A DNA stretch of 64,000 bases from Camelus dromedarius (Eukaryota): contig NC_087437.1 in assembly GCF_036321535.1 (NCBI RefSeq), forward strand, positions 90,150,001-90,214,000. Reading direction: 5' to 3'. The translations under genes were made by a program, and so were the position numbers. The notes under the pieces were generated by a model. It had not been told where the DNA came from. It worked only from the letters and a program-made list of their open reading frames with translations, and ran no database searches. Positions 12,282 through 24,769 of this stretch are shown piece after piece; the first letter of the stretch is position 1; the number at the start of each line of letters is the position of its first letter.

Positions 12282-14044
12282 CTTAAAGAAACGGAAAGAT
12301 ATCCCATGTTCTTGGATTGGAAGACTCAATACTGTTTAAATGGCCATACTGCTCAAGGTAATATACAGATTTAATGCAATCCCTATCAAATTACCCATGA
12401 CATTTTTCACAGAACTAGAACAAATAACCCTAAAGTTTATATGGAATCACAAAAGAACCAGAATTGCCAAAGCAATACTGAAGAAGAATGGAACTGGAGG
12501 AATAACCCTCCCAGACTTCAGACAATACTACAGAGCTACAGTAATCAAAAGAGCATTTTGGCATAAAAACAGACACATGGATCAATGGAACAGAATACAG
12601 ATCCCAGAAATAAACCCACAGACCTGCCGTCAGTTAATCTTCGACAAAGGAGGCAAGAATATACAATGGAGAAAAGAGTCTCTTGGCAGCAAGTCATGCT
12701 GGGAAAACTGGACAGCTGCATATAAATCAATGAAGTTAGAACACTCCCTCACACCATACACAAAAGTAAACTCAAAATGGCTTAAAGACTGAAAATATGA
12801 GACACAACACGATAAACCTCCTAGAAGAAAACATAGGCAAAACATTCTCTGACATAAATCTTAGCAATGTTCTCCTAGGGCAGTCTACCTAGCCAATAGA
12901 AACAGAAACAAAAATTAACAAATGGGACCTAATTAAATGTATAAGCTTTTGCACAGCAAAGGAAACTATAAGTAAAACAAAATGTCAGCATATGGAATGG
13001 GAGAAAAATATTTGTGACTGACAAAGGTTTAATTTCCAAAATATATAAACAGCTCATACAACTTAGTAAGAAAAAACCAAACAACCCAATCCAAAAATGG
13101 GCAGAAGACCTAAACAAGCAATTCTTCAGTGAAGACATACAAATGGCCAATAGACAAGTGAAAGAAATGCTTGATCAATATCTCTATCAGAGAAATGACA
13201 ATCAAAACTACCATGAGGTATCACCTCACGCCAGTCAGAATGGCCATCATTCAAAACTTCATGAACAATAAATGCTGGAGAGGGTGTGGAGAAAAGGGAA
13301 CCCTCCTACACTACTGGTGGAAATGTAGTTTGGTGCAGCCATTATGGAAAACAGGATGGACATGCCTCAAAAAACTAAAAATAGACTTACTATATGATCC
13401 AGCAATCCCACTCCTGGGCATATATCCTGAGGGAACTCTAATTTGAAAAGATACATGCATCCCAATATTCATAGTAGCACTATATACAATAGCCAAGACA
13501 TGGAAGCAACCTAAATGTTCATCTACAGATGACCAGATAAAGAAGTTGTGGTATATTTATACAATGGAATACTACTCAGTCATAAAAAGAATAAAATAAT
13601 GCCATTTACAGCAATATGGATAGGCCTAGACATCGTCATTCTAAGTGAAGTAAGTCAGAAAGAGAAAGAAAAATAACATATGATACCACTAATATGTGAA
13701 ATCTTAAAAAAAAAAGAAAGAGAAAAGAAAACACTAATGAACTCATCTACAAAACAGAAACAGACTCACAGATAAAGTAAATAATCTTATGGTTACTGTG
13801 GGAAAGGAGGGGGGAAGGGATAAATCTGGGAGTTTGAGATTTGCAAATGTTAGCCACTATATACAAAAATAGATTAAAAAGACTTTTTTTTTCTGTATAG
13901 CACAGGGAACTATATTCAGTATCTTGTAATAACATTAATGAAAAAAATATGAAAGCAAATATATGTATATATAAGCACAACTGGGACACTGTGCTGTACA
14001 TCAGAAACTGACACATTGTAACTGACTATATACTTCAATTAAAA
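12282..14044 (+). mobile_element. 5'-truncated lineage-specific LINE-1 (~1.76 kb) with target-site duplication
   Basis: Contains the ORF2 C-terminal region, a 3'UTR ('acagactcacagataaagtaaataatcttatggttac', 'gctgtacatcagaaactgacacattgtaactgactatatacttcaatt') and an A-tail. TSD AAAATCATCTCTA (12269-12281) / AAAATTATCTCTA (14045-14057), 12 of 13 identical. Confidence 0.97.
12340..13700 (+). pseudogene. Disrupted L1 ORF2 C-terminal region (post-RT domain and CCHC zinc knuckle)
   Basis: ORF pieces [28 protein letters not shown] (12340-12792), [13 protein letters not shown] (13014-) and [15 protein letters not shown]...[18 protein letters not shown] (13171-13446; C-x3-C-x7-H-x4-C spacing intact) are canonical L1 ORF2. 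They are broken by stops and frameshifts. Confidence 0.95.
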
Positions 14045-16011
14045 AAAATTATCTCTAGATGTCCTTCAGAAATTAGTTTGGGTAGCTATAAAAATATTTT
14101 AAAAATCTATGAATTGCGATCAGTGTAGGTATAACAGCATTTATAACTGCTGATGTTACAGACTTATGTTTAGTTTTCTCCCAGACATATTTAGTTTTCA
14201 AATTCTGTTTAAGCAAGAATGCAACTTTTATTTATAATCCTTCTTTTGATTTTGCTATTTCTTTAAATAAAACATTTCTTTCAATGAGTAAAGGTATATC
14301 ATGTCAAAATATATTTAGCATCATCTAATACCAGTTTTTTGTCCTTAAATATTTTGGAGATTTCCAGTGGTAATTTCCTATAGAACTATTTATGAAATCA
14401 TTTTTTTTAAACTCAGTAACACAAGAGATTTGTCAAAGATGAATGGGATACAGTCAATGGATTATCCAGGCACTTCTCACTATCTCCTTAAAATATATTT
14501 ATATAACAATTCCCCATCATTATTCTTTGGTCCAAATCTCCATCATTAATCTTTGAGAATCTCACCCTTATTTACATTCAGGATTTTAGTGCAATAAATT
14601 GGTCACTTAATTGGAATAAAAATATTTAAAAAATTCTGTCTTCCTTTGGTAACATCTTCAACCTTAAAAAATGTTTATTACAAAAAATTATTTAGGAAGA
14701 AGGGTGTATATAGAGAGAAATAAATCACGACTTCTTAAAATCTTTTTTTCTTTACATTAGATTTTATTTTTCCCAAGATAAAGTGAGACAGTCTATTGTT
14801 ATTGGCCTAGTCCTTTTTTCTTGGTGGGGTTGGAGACTGGTTGTGAACAGAGATTGCATTACAACCTTAACCAGTGCATGGAGTGGGCAACTGAGACACA
14901 AATGGGCTACAGAGAGTGGTCTTTAAACAGAGAGACATTAATGAATGATGATTTTCCCTTCCCTGTTCATCTGTTTACATCTAAACTCTCTATGAAAATA
15001 ATTAGAAATATATTGTCTTCCCTGCCAGGATAAATTGTATTCTGCTTGGGAAAAGGAGCCATGTAAGTATTTTAAATAATTTATACAATATATGTGCATG
15101 TGTAGGTAAAATATGTGGAGAAGGCAAAATAAATGTAGGTTTGCATTACCAACTAAAATGCTTTTTTTCAGATAGTGTATATGACTCTCATCTATACTTA
15201 TTCTATTACCATGGAAAATTGGGAATTGACTGCAGGGAAATGTCTGAAATAATATTGGTCCCTACAGGGCTCAGCCCACTCCCTTCTAATCATTTACATG
15301 TACAATAGCTAAAACACCACTTCCAACACTGTAGTTTTTGCTCTTCCTTGTAGCTATTGTTGAAGATGGAATTAGATCATCAGATGCTAGTGGTCTGTGA
15401 AGGGCACAATACTTCTCTTTCATTGTTGAACAATAGTTAGGGATGTGTAACTCAGAGCCTTGGACCTGAAAATTTAGAAGCATTCAAGTGCTCTAGTCAA
15501 ACTGTAAATTCAGTTGATAATAGCTTTAGTAATTTCTAAAATTATTGAAAGGCATCTTTGCTAAGGGGCCATAAAAATGTACGCAAATTAAGATAAATTA
15601 GATAATTCATTAGTGCATTTTTAGTTCAATTATTTCTTCAGTGTGTAGCCTAAACACACCACAAGATAACACATCTTGAGAACATACTATTCCAGCCCTC
15701 ATCACAATTTTGAGAAGGTCATATTAATTGATTTCAGGTACTTTCTAACTGCAGATTCCAGATTCTCAATTGTAGCCATGTATGTGATATATATATGAGT
15801 GAAGTGGGAAACTTAAGGACTTGAAGACAGTGAACAAAGATTGATATTATATCACCACAGTTATTTGAATCTCACTCCTTTTAATGCAAGTCACTGGGCT
15901 GAAAGTAGGCAGAGCAGCATAGCAGGGTCTATAATGTTGACCTAAGAAATACATATGGTACAGAAGAACTCATACTACATAAACTTTCCCCCAACTTTTA
16001 CAGCAGTTAAG

Positions 16012-16195
16012 CATTTAGTTAACCCACTCAGTAAAAGAAATATTGATTGATTCCTTATTATGTGCCAGGAGCTATCCTGGGAGCTAATGATGTAATGATG
16101 AACAAATACGGTCGCTGCCCAAGAAGCTTATGATCTTGAGTTAAGGCTCCAAGCAGTGAACAGACAACTGCAAAATAGTCTGAACATCACGGATA
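16012..16195 (-). mobile_element. L2 3' end fragment
   Basis: 'aaatattgattgattccttattatgtgccaggagctatcctgggagctaatgatgtaatgatgaacaaa...ctgcccaagaagctta'. Confidence 0.75.
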
Positions 16196-18391
16196 CATAG
16201 AGAAGTGATTTTCTCAGCCTTGGTATCACTGTACTTCAAAGTAAAGTTCTGTAGCCCAGGAGAATGTATTATATTTCTTTGCATGCCTTTTGTGTATTAC
16301 TTACTGGCAGATACATGCAAAATAAATATTTATGAAACAAATAATAATATAAGGCATTTTGCTTATGAGTTGGTTAACAAGAAACAAATGTTGATGGCAA
16401 GTAAATTTAAACTATTTTACATTTATGTAAGTAGTTATTCAATAGGGAGAAAAGTCTTCCTCAAAATTAATATGTTGTTAAAATTACATCATCATGAATG
16501 TGAAATAGATGGATATTACTTGATTTGGATATTATGTATCTGAATTGTCCATCATGAATTAGACATAGCAGTTTATGATATACTATGATATATTTATTTT
16601 TACAGAGTATGTTTCCTTTGAGAAATCAGTTGAAAATACATGCCAGGATACTTACTGTGTAAGGAAAAACCAACGACATAGCTAAGCTATCTGTAATAAT
16701 TTTAAATCTAGTTAATTCAATGTATATTTTACATAAAAGCACTGTTAGAAGATTAAAATTATTCTTTCCACAACCCAATTATTATACTTGCTGTTTGGTA
16801 GAAATCTAAGATTGAGTTGTAAATGAAAAAGAAAGACAATAAAATAAAAGATATATATGAAATAATATAGTGAAAAAATTAATTCTTGTATTAATTATAT
16901 GCCATTCACAGAGTGACAGATAAATATAGATTTTAGTAGTAATGGTTTGATATCAAAGATTTTTAAAACAGGCATGTTTAAGGCATTTAATCAAATACTT
17001 CTATTAAATTAGTTTATTTATTTGGTCTGAATTAATTATCATATAAGGACTTAAAGTCTTATTTACACAATATGGTGACATCTCCCCTGTGGTTAAAATT
17101 TTCTCTGATAAAAGCCTTAGAACTTTCTCCTTTCCAAGATTATAAATGAAAAATTACAACAAATAACAAGCCTAACAAAACAACATTCTAACTGTATTGT
17201 CATATTTATTATAAGACACTTGGTTCACTGCGTTTTGGCATTTTATACAACTGGTTCTGACAGTGATTAACATGGTTTGGGCTTCTGCAGTTTCACCCAA
17301 GAGAAATAAAACACCAAAAATCTCCGCAGGTGTGTAATGGGCCAGAGAGTTACAATCTGTTCTGCAAAGTCAGACTTCAAAGACTTGAAAAAAATCCTAA
17401 AGTTGGCAATACCTCTATCATCACTATTATTTAACGTATCTTCTAGATTTCAAAAGGAACTGTGTGGCTAATGGCAAAGATTTCACCTCCAATTTGACTT
17501 CTGTGCAAGTCTCTTCAAAAGGCAGTTTTCATTATACATCTGTGCATTCCAGGTGAAGCAGACAGCACCTATATGAAGCCACAAACTAAATAATTAAGTA
17601 TTTACTTGTACTTCCAAGGCGACTTCACTTGAAGTATATTGCATTGTTAACTGATGCTAAGGAGAAGTTGGGAAGTACCAAGGTAATTACCAAATGACAA
17701 TCAGGCAGCAGCACCTGGGCTGTGGCAGCCCCAGGACAAGTGCCCATAATTGCTTCCATGATTGCTTGGTGTGAACATAATACACAACTTCCCCAATAAG
17801 GGTCAGAATGCACATGATGATTTCAATTACAGGAATGTTCACCTGCCTGAGAGCTTCTCACAGAGGAAAAAGTTCAAATGGTGCAATTTAAATTTTTAAA
17901 TGTGAGAGTTTACCCATTGTAGTGGATATCAGGTCTACATGTGTGCTTGAAAGGGTGAAAATTGTTCTATCTTTTCGAATTTTCCACTTACGTATTTTCA
18001 AATGTCATCTCCGTGGTTTACCACTCCATGGATAAACAATGGATAAACAACACAAAGGCATATCATCTTAATGATAGGCCCCTCAGAATATCAGTAGTAG
18101 ATTACTTTCTTTAAACTTGAATTCTGTCCATATATTTCAATAAAAGCACCCAGTAATCTCTCTGTCAATCAAGGCTATTACTAACAGAAATGAAATAAAT
18201 TGAATAATGGGCCAATATTTTTAGTCAATTTAACCACCAAAGGTTTTGATTGTTATGATATTTTGCCTGAAGTATAGTTCTCTTTACTTCAAGTATGTTT
18301 GTTGAAAATTGTCAAGGTCATAGATGCACACATTAACCATATCAGTCAGAGTGGCAAAGAGAAAAGCTTTCTTCCATTACAGAAGATTGCA

Positions 18392-18497
18392 TAGAGTGCA
18401 TGCTTAGCATGCATGAAGTCCTGGGTTCAATCCCCAATACCTCCTCTAAAATTAAATAAAATCCTCTTCCCACCAAAATAAAACATAATTAAATGCA
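18392..18497 (+). mobile_element. 5'-truncated camelid-type tRNA-derived SINE with TSD
   Basis: 'tagagtgcatgcttagcatgcatgaagtcctgggttcaatccccaatacctcc' with Pol III B box GGTTCAATCC (18424-18433) and an A-rich tail. TSD AGAAGATTGCA (18381-18391) / AGAAGACTGCA (18498-18508). The 5' end and most of the A box are missing. Confidence 0.88.
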
Positions 18498-18611
18498 AGA
18501 AGACTGCAGCCTTCATCTCAACATTTTCTATCATCTCATCAACCTTGTTTAAAAGAGGGAATAATGCTAAAAAAAAAAAGGCTTCTTGACCCATAAAGAA
18601 TGCCTAGGTAC

Positions 18612-18680
18612 TATATATATATACCAGTTGTGTGTGTGTGTATATATATAATTTCATATGTATATTTATATATACATATG
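18612..18680. repeat. (TA)n/(TG)n compound microsatellite
   Basis: Read directly. Confidence 0.85.
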
Positions 18681-21581
18681 CTCTCAAAATACAAAGTATA
18701 TATATCTAAATAGTATGTATAATATATAGTGCAAATATATCACAGCATTACACGTTCTTAAACTTTAGATTTCTTAAAATATAAGAATAAAATATTCATT
18801 TATCAAAACTATTTCTTAAAAATATAAACAAAAGATCTAATTGCAAATGTGCTACCGAAGTTTGCAACACTATGTGACCAATAACATTCTGTCATTTACC
18901 AATGTTATACAATCCTACATTTAATTATCTTTCTATTTTTCTAAGTTCTTCCAATGGGAACAAACATACCATCCAGAACAAGCATCAGAACCACAATGTT
19001 ATGTTCCTCGACTTGGTTTCCTGACCGAAGTTATTGCACTGCATCTGCCAGGATGCTTTAGGAAGTTTCAATCAATAATGTTAACCTGAAGCCAGCACTG
19101 ACCTAACTGAACTTGAACTTGCTGTAACATTTTATTACAAAGATTGGAGGATGTAATAATTCACTGTTTTAAAGTAAGAAAAAAAAGATCCTTTTAGATT
19201 GATATAAAAGCCATAATTTATGTAGTGATGTTAATTTTGAGGGTATGATGGGCTTTAATCTCTCATTCTGCTTGCCATTTTGTGACAGAAATGCTGAAGC
19301 CGTCTGAAGGTTACAAACAATGTTCACTAATAATGAGTTCTTATGTCCTTGTAGGCTTCACTTTGATGGATATCCGCAGTGTTTCCCCATGACATAATTC
19401 TACTGAGGAAAAACGCGTCTTGAAAACACAGCTTGTGCTTTCACCTTCAAATATAACTATTGCGATTTTTAAAATAAACTAAAAATGAGACATAAATGCA
19501 CATTTTGGTCATAGTTTTGTAATCATTTTTATTATAGGTACTGTCAGATTTAATTGGCAAAAATAAACATGCTATAGAAAGAAGAGTTTATACAGAGGAT
19601 TGCTTTCTGTGGATTATATATATTTTAAAATCTACCCCTTTTAGTCATAAAACAGTAACACCACTCTAATGAGACAAGTACAGCACATGCTGTCTCTGAA
19701 AAGCTTTCTGATTTAATAAAGTCTTAACATAGACAATTCTCCAGGCTTCAGTGTCCATTTTGGTGGAGGGTTTATAGTTAACTTCAACAATCCCTTTACC
19801 TTTTATATTACCTATTGGCTCACCTTATAAACACAAGGCAATGCAGAATGAAAACAACCAAAGACACCTATGTAAAGATTCTCTCAAATGCTTCTGTTGT
19901 CTACATAAAAGTATAGAATCAAAGCATTACAACCCTTTACATAATCAATAGCTGAAAATTACATATATTAAGATGTGCATGCTTTGTGTAAAGGCTAAAC
20001 TGGATTTTTAAACGATACTTCTGACTTGTTAGCATTGGCAGAGCTTGGTGTTTTGAACTAATTCCAGTGCAGATCAACATGAAATGTTGTCGACTGAATC
20101 CACAGGTGTTTTAATCAGAAGTTAGTATTTGGTTTCCATGACTTTCTCGACAGTTTCAGTATAAAAATGACCTCACTGATTTACCTCTAACAGATGTCTG
20201 TTTCAGTAAATTATGTATGTTCATTATCTTTCTCAATATACACAGGCTATGAAATGACCTTATATAAAACTCTATACAAGAAGGATCAAATTTAGAAATC
20301 ATGTGTGAGATGATCACAGAAACCCATTATTTGCTTAAAACGCTTATGTCTCATCTCCTGTGCAGTGCTGGGTAGCTTAGGGATTCCATGAATCCAGGGC
20401 GAAACACAGGCGTTGGTGAGACTTTGAGTGCTCAGGCAGAAATCAGCTGTTGTAACTCATACAAATTCAGGCTTTATCCATGACACCATGTCAGCATAAA
20501 TGATTTACTGAAAGTATGCAATAAACTCAATAGAGATGCCCTGAGAATCTTCACACGAACAACTTACACTCCTCGTAGATGTAAGTGTATGAATTTTGAT
20601 ATGTCCTTAACTATGTGTTTCTTTCTGTATTGTAATACAATCGTTTCAATGTTAGTGGAAATGTGATACCAGAAAATTCATAACCGTATAAGACTCTGAA
20701 AATGTGAAGGAAACACCTTTACACATATACAGTGACAACAAATGTATAAATGCTATAAACAAACAGGAGTTTTTAAAAATAGGAAAACAAATTAAAATCT
20801 TTTTTTTTCCTTGCCAAGAATCTGCATTTCATCATGTAAAGAATTTTAATGCTGATTTATAGGTGTACATAAAGAGAAGTTACCAAGGACAGTCTTTCAT
20901 TAGGTTTTTGAAAAGTAGTTTCTAAATATATACATGTCACTTTAATGAAAAGAGTGATGATAGTAATTTCTAAATGACCTACAGATGTGTTTATATAGCA
21001 CCTGCCGATCTCTACTGGGCAGATTTTTCATTTAATTTCACATATATCAAATGGAAGAGTGTGGGCAACTGAAGTTACAGCTATTTGATATTCCTATGAA
21101 GAAATTTAGCAATTTCTTCAAAAAAGATGTCTTTGATAAGGGAAATGTGGGCACTATCTTGAAAGGTAGAAAAAATACTGTCTCTTTTATTCGAAATGGT
21201 AGTCTGCGAAAAGTGGAACTATTTGAAGACGTTCCACCTGCTTCAGCAAACATGCAGCTCTCCCTGTGCTGGGGAACATCTGGTTTTAAGAAGGTAAAAT
21301 GTGATTACTGCAGGGAGATCTGAGCTATTCCATATGCCTAATTTCATTGGGCAGGTCCTATGTTTGTTGAAGGTCCAAACAAAAGTTGTATGGGCTTCAT
21401 TGTTTTTGAAAAGCATTCACAAGGCTGATGCTACCTCAAATTCCATCCAGAGTTGTTGGTAACAAAAAGTTATAAACAAGGACCGTCTCCAGATAACTGA
21501 AATCTACTCCTTTACCAACACCTTCAGAAAATGTTAGTTTCCACTGAAATACAGTACACATGTTCTTGCTTTCCTAAGTCA

Positions 21582-21935
21582 TGTGGTAGAGATGGAGAGC
21601 TAACTCCTAAATATTCGTAGGGAAGAGTATCGGTGGATGTAGCTTCCCAGACAATGACTGTATTTCTTTACTCCACTTACAATGTAGGGCTTTTTAAGCC
21701 TTGGTCCATTTCCAGTTTCTCAAATTCCTTCTGCTGACCAGAAGGAAAAGATTCCCACACCCTGCGCAATGGTGACGCTACAAGACGGAAGGAACTTGGG
21801 TCCTGAAAAGCCACCCTCTGACATGCAACACTCAGGTTAGACTGTTAGGTGATGACGAAGAAAGGAGCTGCTATTCTGTTGAACCACGGGAGTTTGGGAG
21901 AGAATCTGCTCTAGCTGCAAGTATTATCTCAGAAT
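21582..21935 (+). mobile_element. MaLR LTR (MLT1J-like)
   Basis: Begins TGTGGTAG. Contains 'gctacaagacggaaggaacttgggtcctgaa' and 'ctattctgttgaaccacgggagtttggg', typical MLT1 3' motifs. Confidence 0.7.
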
Positions 21936-21977
21936 GTCAGCACCGTCAGTATGCTTGCCAACTATGGCTCAGAAAGT

Positions 21978-22660
21978 CCATTCAATAACCATTCAGCACT
22001 CGCTATAGACCAAGAACTATGCTAGTCCCTTGGAATAAAAGATGGCTCTGGCACAAGATTTTTTTTATGGTCTAAACAAGAAAGAGATGAATAAATGCAG
22101 AATTATGAATGATATAGTGTGTGCTGGGGCGTAGGAGGGATGGACCTGCAGGTGGCAGCATGATCAAAGGCAATGAATGGGAAACGGTACGTATGCTCAG
22201 GATGCTATGCTGCAGAGGATTCTCTGTAGCTACACGATGACTCTGAGGCAAGGGAGTGGCTTGGTGAGCTCTACAATAGGTGGATGAATGTGTTGAGAGG
22301 AACAAGTCTGGAGTTGAGAATGAGTTAGTAATTAATGCTTTTGTAATGCTCCAGCAAAATATAGTGAGGGCCTACACCAAGGCAGTGGTGATAGGAATGA
22401 TTAATTTGATGAACTGGATTTGGGAGAGAAGGTGAGACAGATGTAGGTTATTCTAAATGGTGGTGCCAAAAAGTAAATATTCAAGGAGAAGGCAAGTTAG
22501 TAGAAAATATGATTGATTCAATTGTTATTACCTATCAAGCTTCAACTGTCCATATGCTGTGGAAGTTGTGATAACCGACTAGCAGTTAGATACACAGATC
22601 CAAAGATCAAAAATAAGTCTGGCCTGAGGAGTAAATTTGATGTATGGGAGTCAGATTTGT
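21978..22660 (-). mobile_element. L2 LINE fragment
   Basis: Tail 'cattcaataaccattcagcactcgctatagaccaagaactatgctag', plus body motifs 'gtgagggcctacaccaaggcagtggtgatagga' and 'gcagttagatacacagatcc...gtctggcctgagg'. Confidence 0.7.
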
Positions 22661-23287
22661 GTTTCTGCATACTTAAAGTTTATCGCTATGTTTTGAATAT
22701 TGATGTTTTTCGAGACACTACCTTTTAATATATAGATGGATCATATATGTATATATATTTTTTATCCTGCCCTGCATTACATGTATTTTTAAGCTTACTT
22801 TACACTTGCCATTTTATTAGGTGAATATATTAGATGAGTCACTAGTAATATAATTCCTATACTTTTCCAGAAATACATAGAAGCTTTCTATGTTCTGCTT
22901 ACTAATGGTTCTCAGTACTCTCTTTAGTAATTATCTATAATATTTAATCTGCTTAATTTATTAAAATCACTTGTATTCTAGAAACTGAGAGAAGCTCTAT
23001 TTGCTATTTTCAAAAATGAACAAACTTGTGTATTTATCTTTTGTATGTGTATATGTTTACCTTTTTAGTTTAATTGAATATTCAGTATAACATAATTATC
23101 ATATTATCAGAAGCCCTGGATACAATGGCATTATAGCAAAGCTGAATTTAAATGCTTTACTAGAGAATTGCAGATTTGATTCCCTAAACATAATTTGATA
23201 GTCTGCCTGATAGAATATTATTTATGCTTAAATACTGTAATTTAGTTTAATTTTTAAAGGATAATTTTGTTTTCACAGGTCTAGGGC

Positions 23288-23400
23288 CACATTTTTTGTA
23301 GCACTTACAATATGCCAGGCACATGGGACAGTGCTACAGATGCTAATAAAATATTATTGTCTCAATTTACTTATTGCCTATTAGTGGAGTTATAAGAGTC
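23288..23400 (-). mobile_element. L2/MIR tail fragment
   Basis: 'ttgtagcacttacaatatgccaggcacatgggacagtgctacagat'. Confidence 0.5.
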
Positions 23401-24769
23401 TACATTGGTCTCCCTCTTTTTCCCCCTCACAAATCTATGTCCACAATGGCCTGGAAAAAAGAGAATCTCAAAAAGAATCAGTAGTTCGATAAAAAAGAGG
23501 AGTTTATTATTAATGCTGTGTCAGGACCCTGCTCTATCCCAAAAGGAAGAATGCTATTCACTGACTCATAACCTGGCCAAAGACTGTGCCCTAGAAGACA
23601 TCTTGGAAAACCTGATTTCCAAGAGGTTTAGTCCTTAACCATTTCCATTCCACGCATATTGCCTCTGCCCCTTGTTATCCTTATGCTTGTCCACTGTCAG
23701 GGCACCACTCGATAAAATTGCTCTGACCAGCTCTAAAGAGGCAATGCAACGCTATCCTGATAATGCTTTTTCATGGATTACATTACTTTGAAAATCTCAA
23801 CAGAAGGATAATAAGAATAGACAGAGATTAATCCGTTTCTTCTAGAAATGCTGCCTTTTAGTCCCAGGGAAATATGCTCATTTGCATGGTTGAAATATAG
23901 CATACTGAGTTCCTTAGCCCCTTCCACCCTTCTCAGTCAAGCCTAACACCCATGAATCACTGGCAAGCGTAATGAGGCTGTAAAAGAAGACATCCTGGTG
24001 GAGAGATGGTGCCAGTTCCCTTAGGGCTCTTGAGACAATGATTTATTTTTGAGTTTACATAACACCACTGTCACATTATAAAGTGTTTCAGAAATGACCA
24101 GCTACTAACCTGCAGTTGATTTTGCACACTTTCACATTAAGTGCAACCCACTGTCCACAAGCTTCTTTCCTCTCTGCAGTTTCCATTTTTCATGGAAATC
24201 AATGTTTGGTTAACCAGGCACTAAAATAGCCTCTAAGTCTTAAGTTATCCATTTCTGTACCACACATATATTATACCCTTAATTTACAATTTACTTAACA
24301 GCATGCAGTGGATATGTCTTCATAATGAATATTTCTTGCGGATGTTACACACAAACAGCTTTTCTAAGATCAGTGCTCAATTTATCCCAAATTTGTTTTC
24401 AATTTTATTGGCTATGCAATTTCTTTACTTTGGTCAATCATTCTTTAAATTGGCTGGTTTAATGCATCACAGCAAATGATTTTCAGAAGTCATTAGGCAC
24501 ATGAAAATGCATATTCAGCTCACAGTTTTAATTGACCGCACTCACACCTACCGACGGCACTTCTAGACAATCTGCCCACTTTGCTGCTCTTCATTTCATT
24601 AAACTCTGAGTCTACAAGTGACTTGCAAAAATCTTTCCTCTGAATCTGAGCTATGTTATCTCCTTGGAAAGGATTGATATGACACTGGTGTGAATAAGAC
24701 TGGTCTTGGTTTAGCAAAGAAGTTCTTAGATAAGTAAGTCTAGAAAGCAAAGCTCAGTATAGTTTACAG

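Noticed and set aside
16205..16543. 112-aa plus-strand ORF
   Set aside because: GTG start and an I/Y/F/K-rich composition typical of random AT-rich DNA.
16656..16695. 35-nt minus-strand micro-exon with donor CA|GTAAGT
   Set aside because: The acceptor is A-rich and weak. Phase compatibility with the 5652 candidate alone is not evidence.
18392..18445. Possible tRNA gene (B box GGTTCAATCC)
   Set aside because: No 5' acceptor stem or full A box, and it has an A-rich tail and TSD, so it is a SINE.
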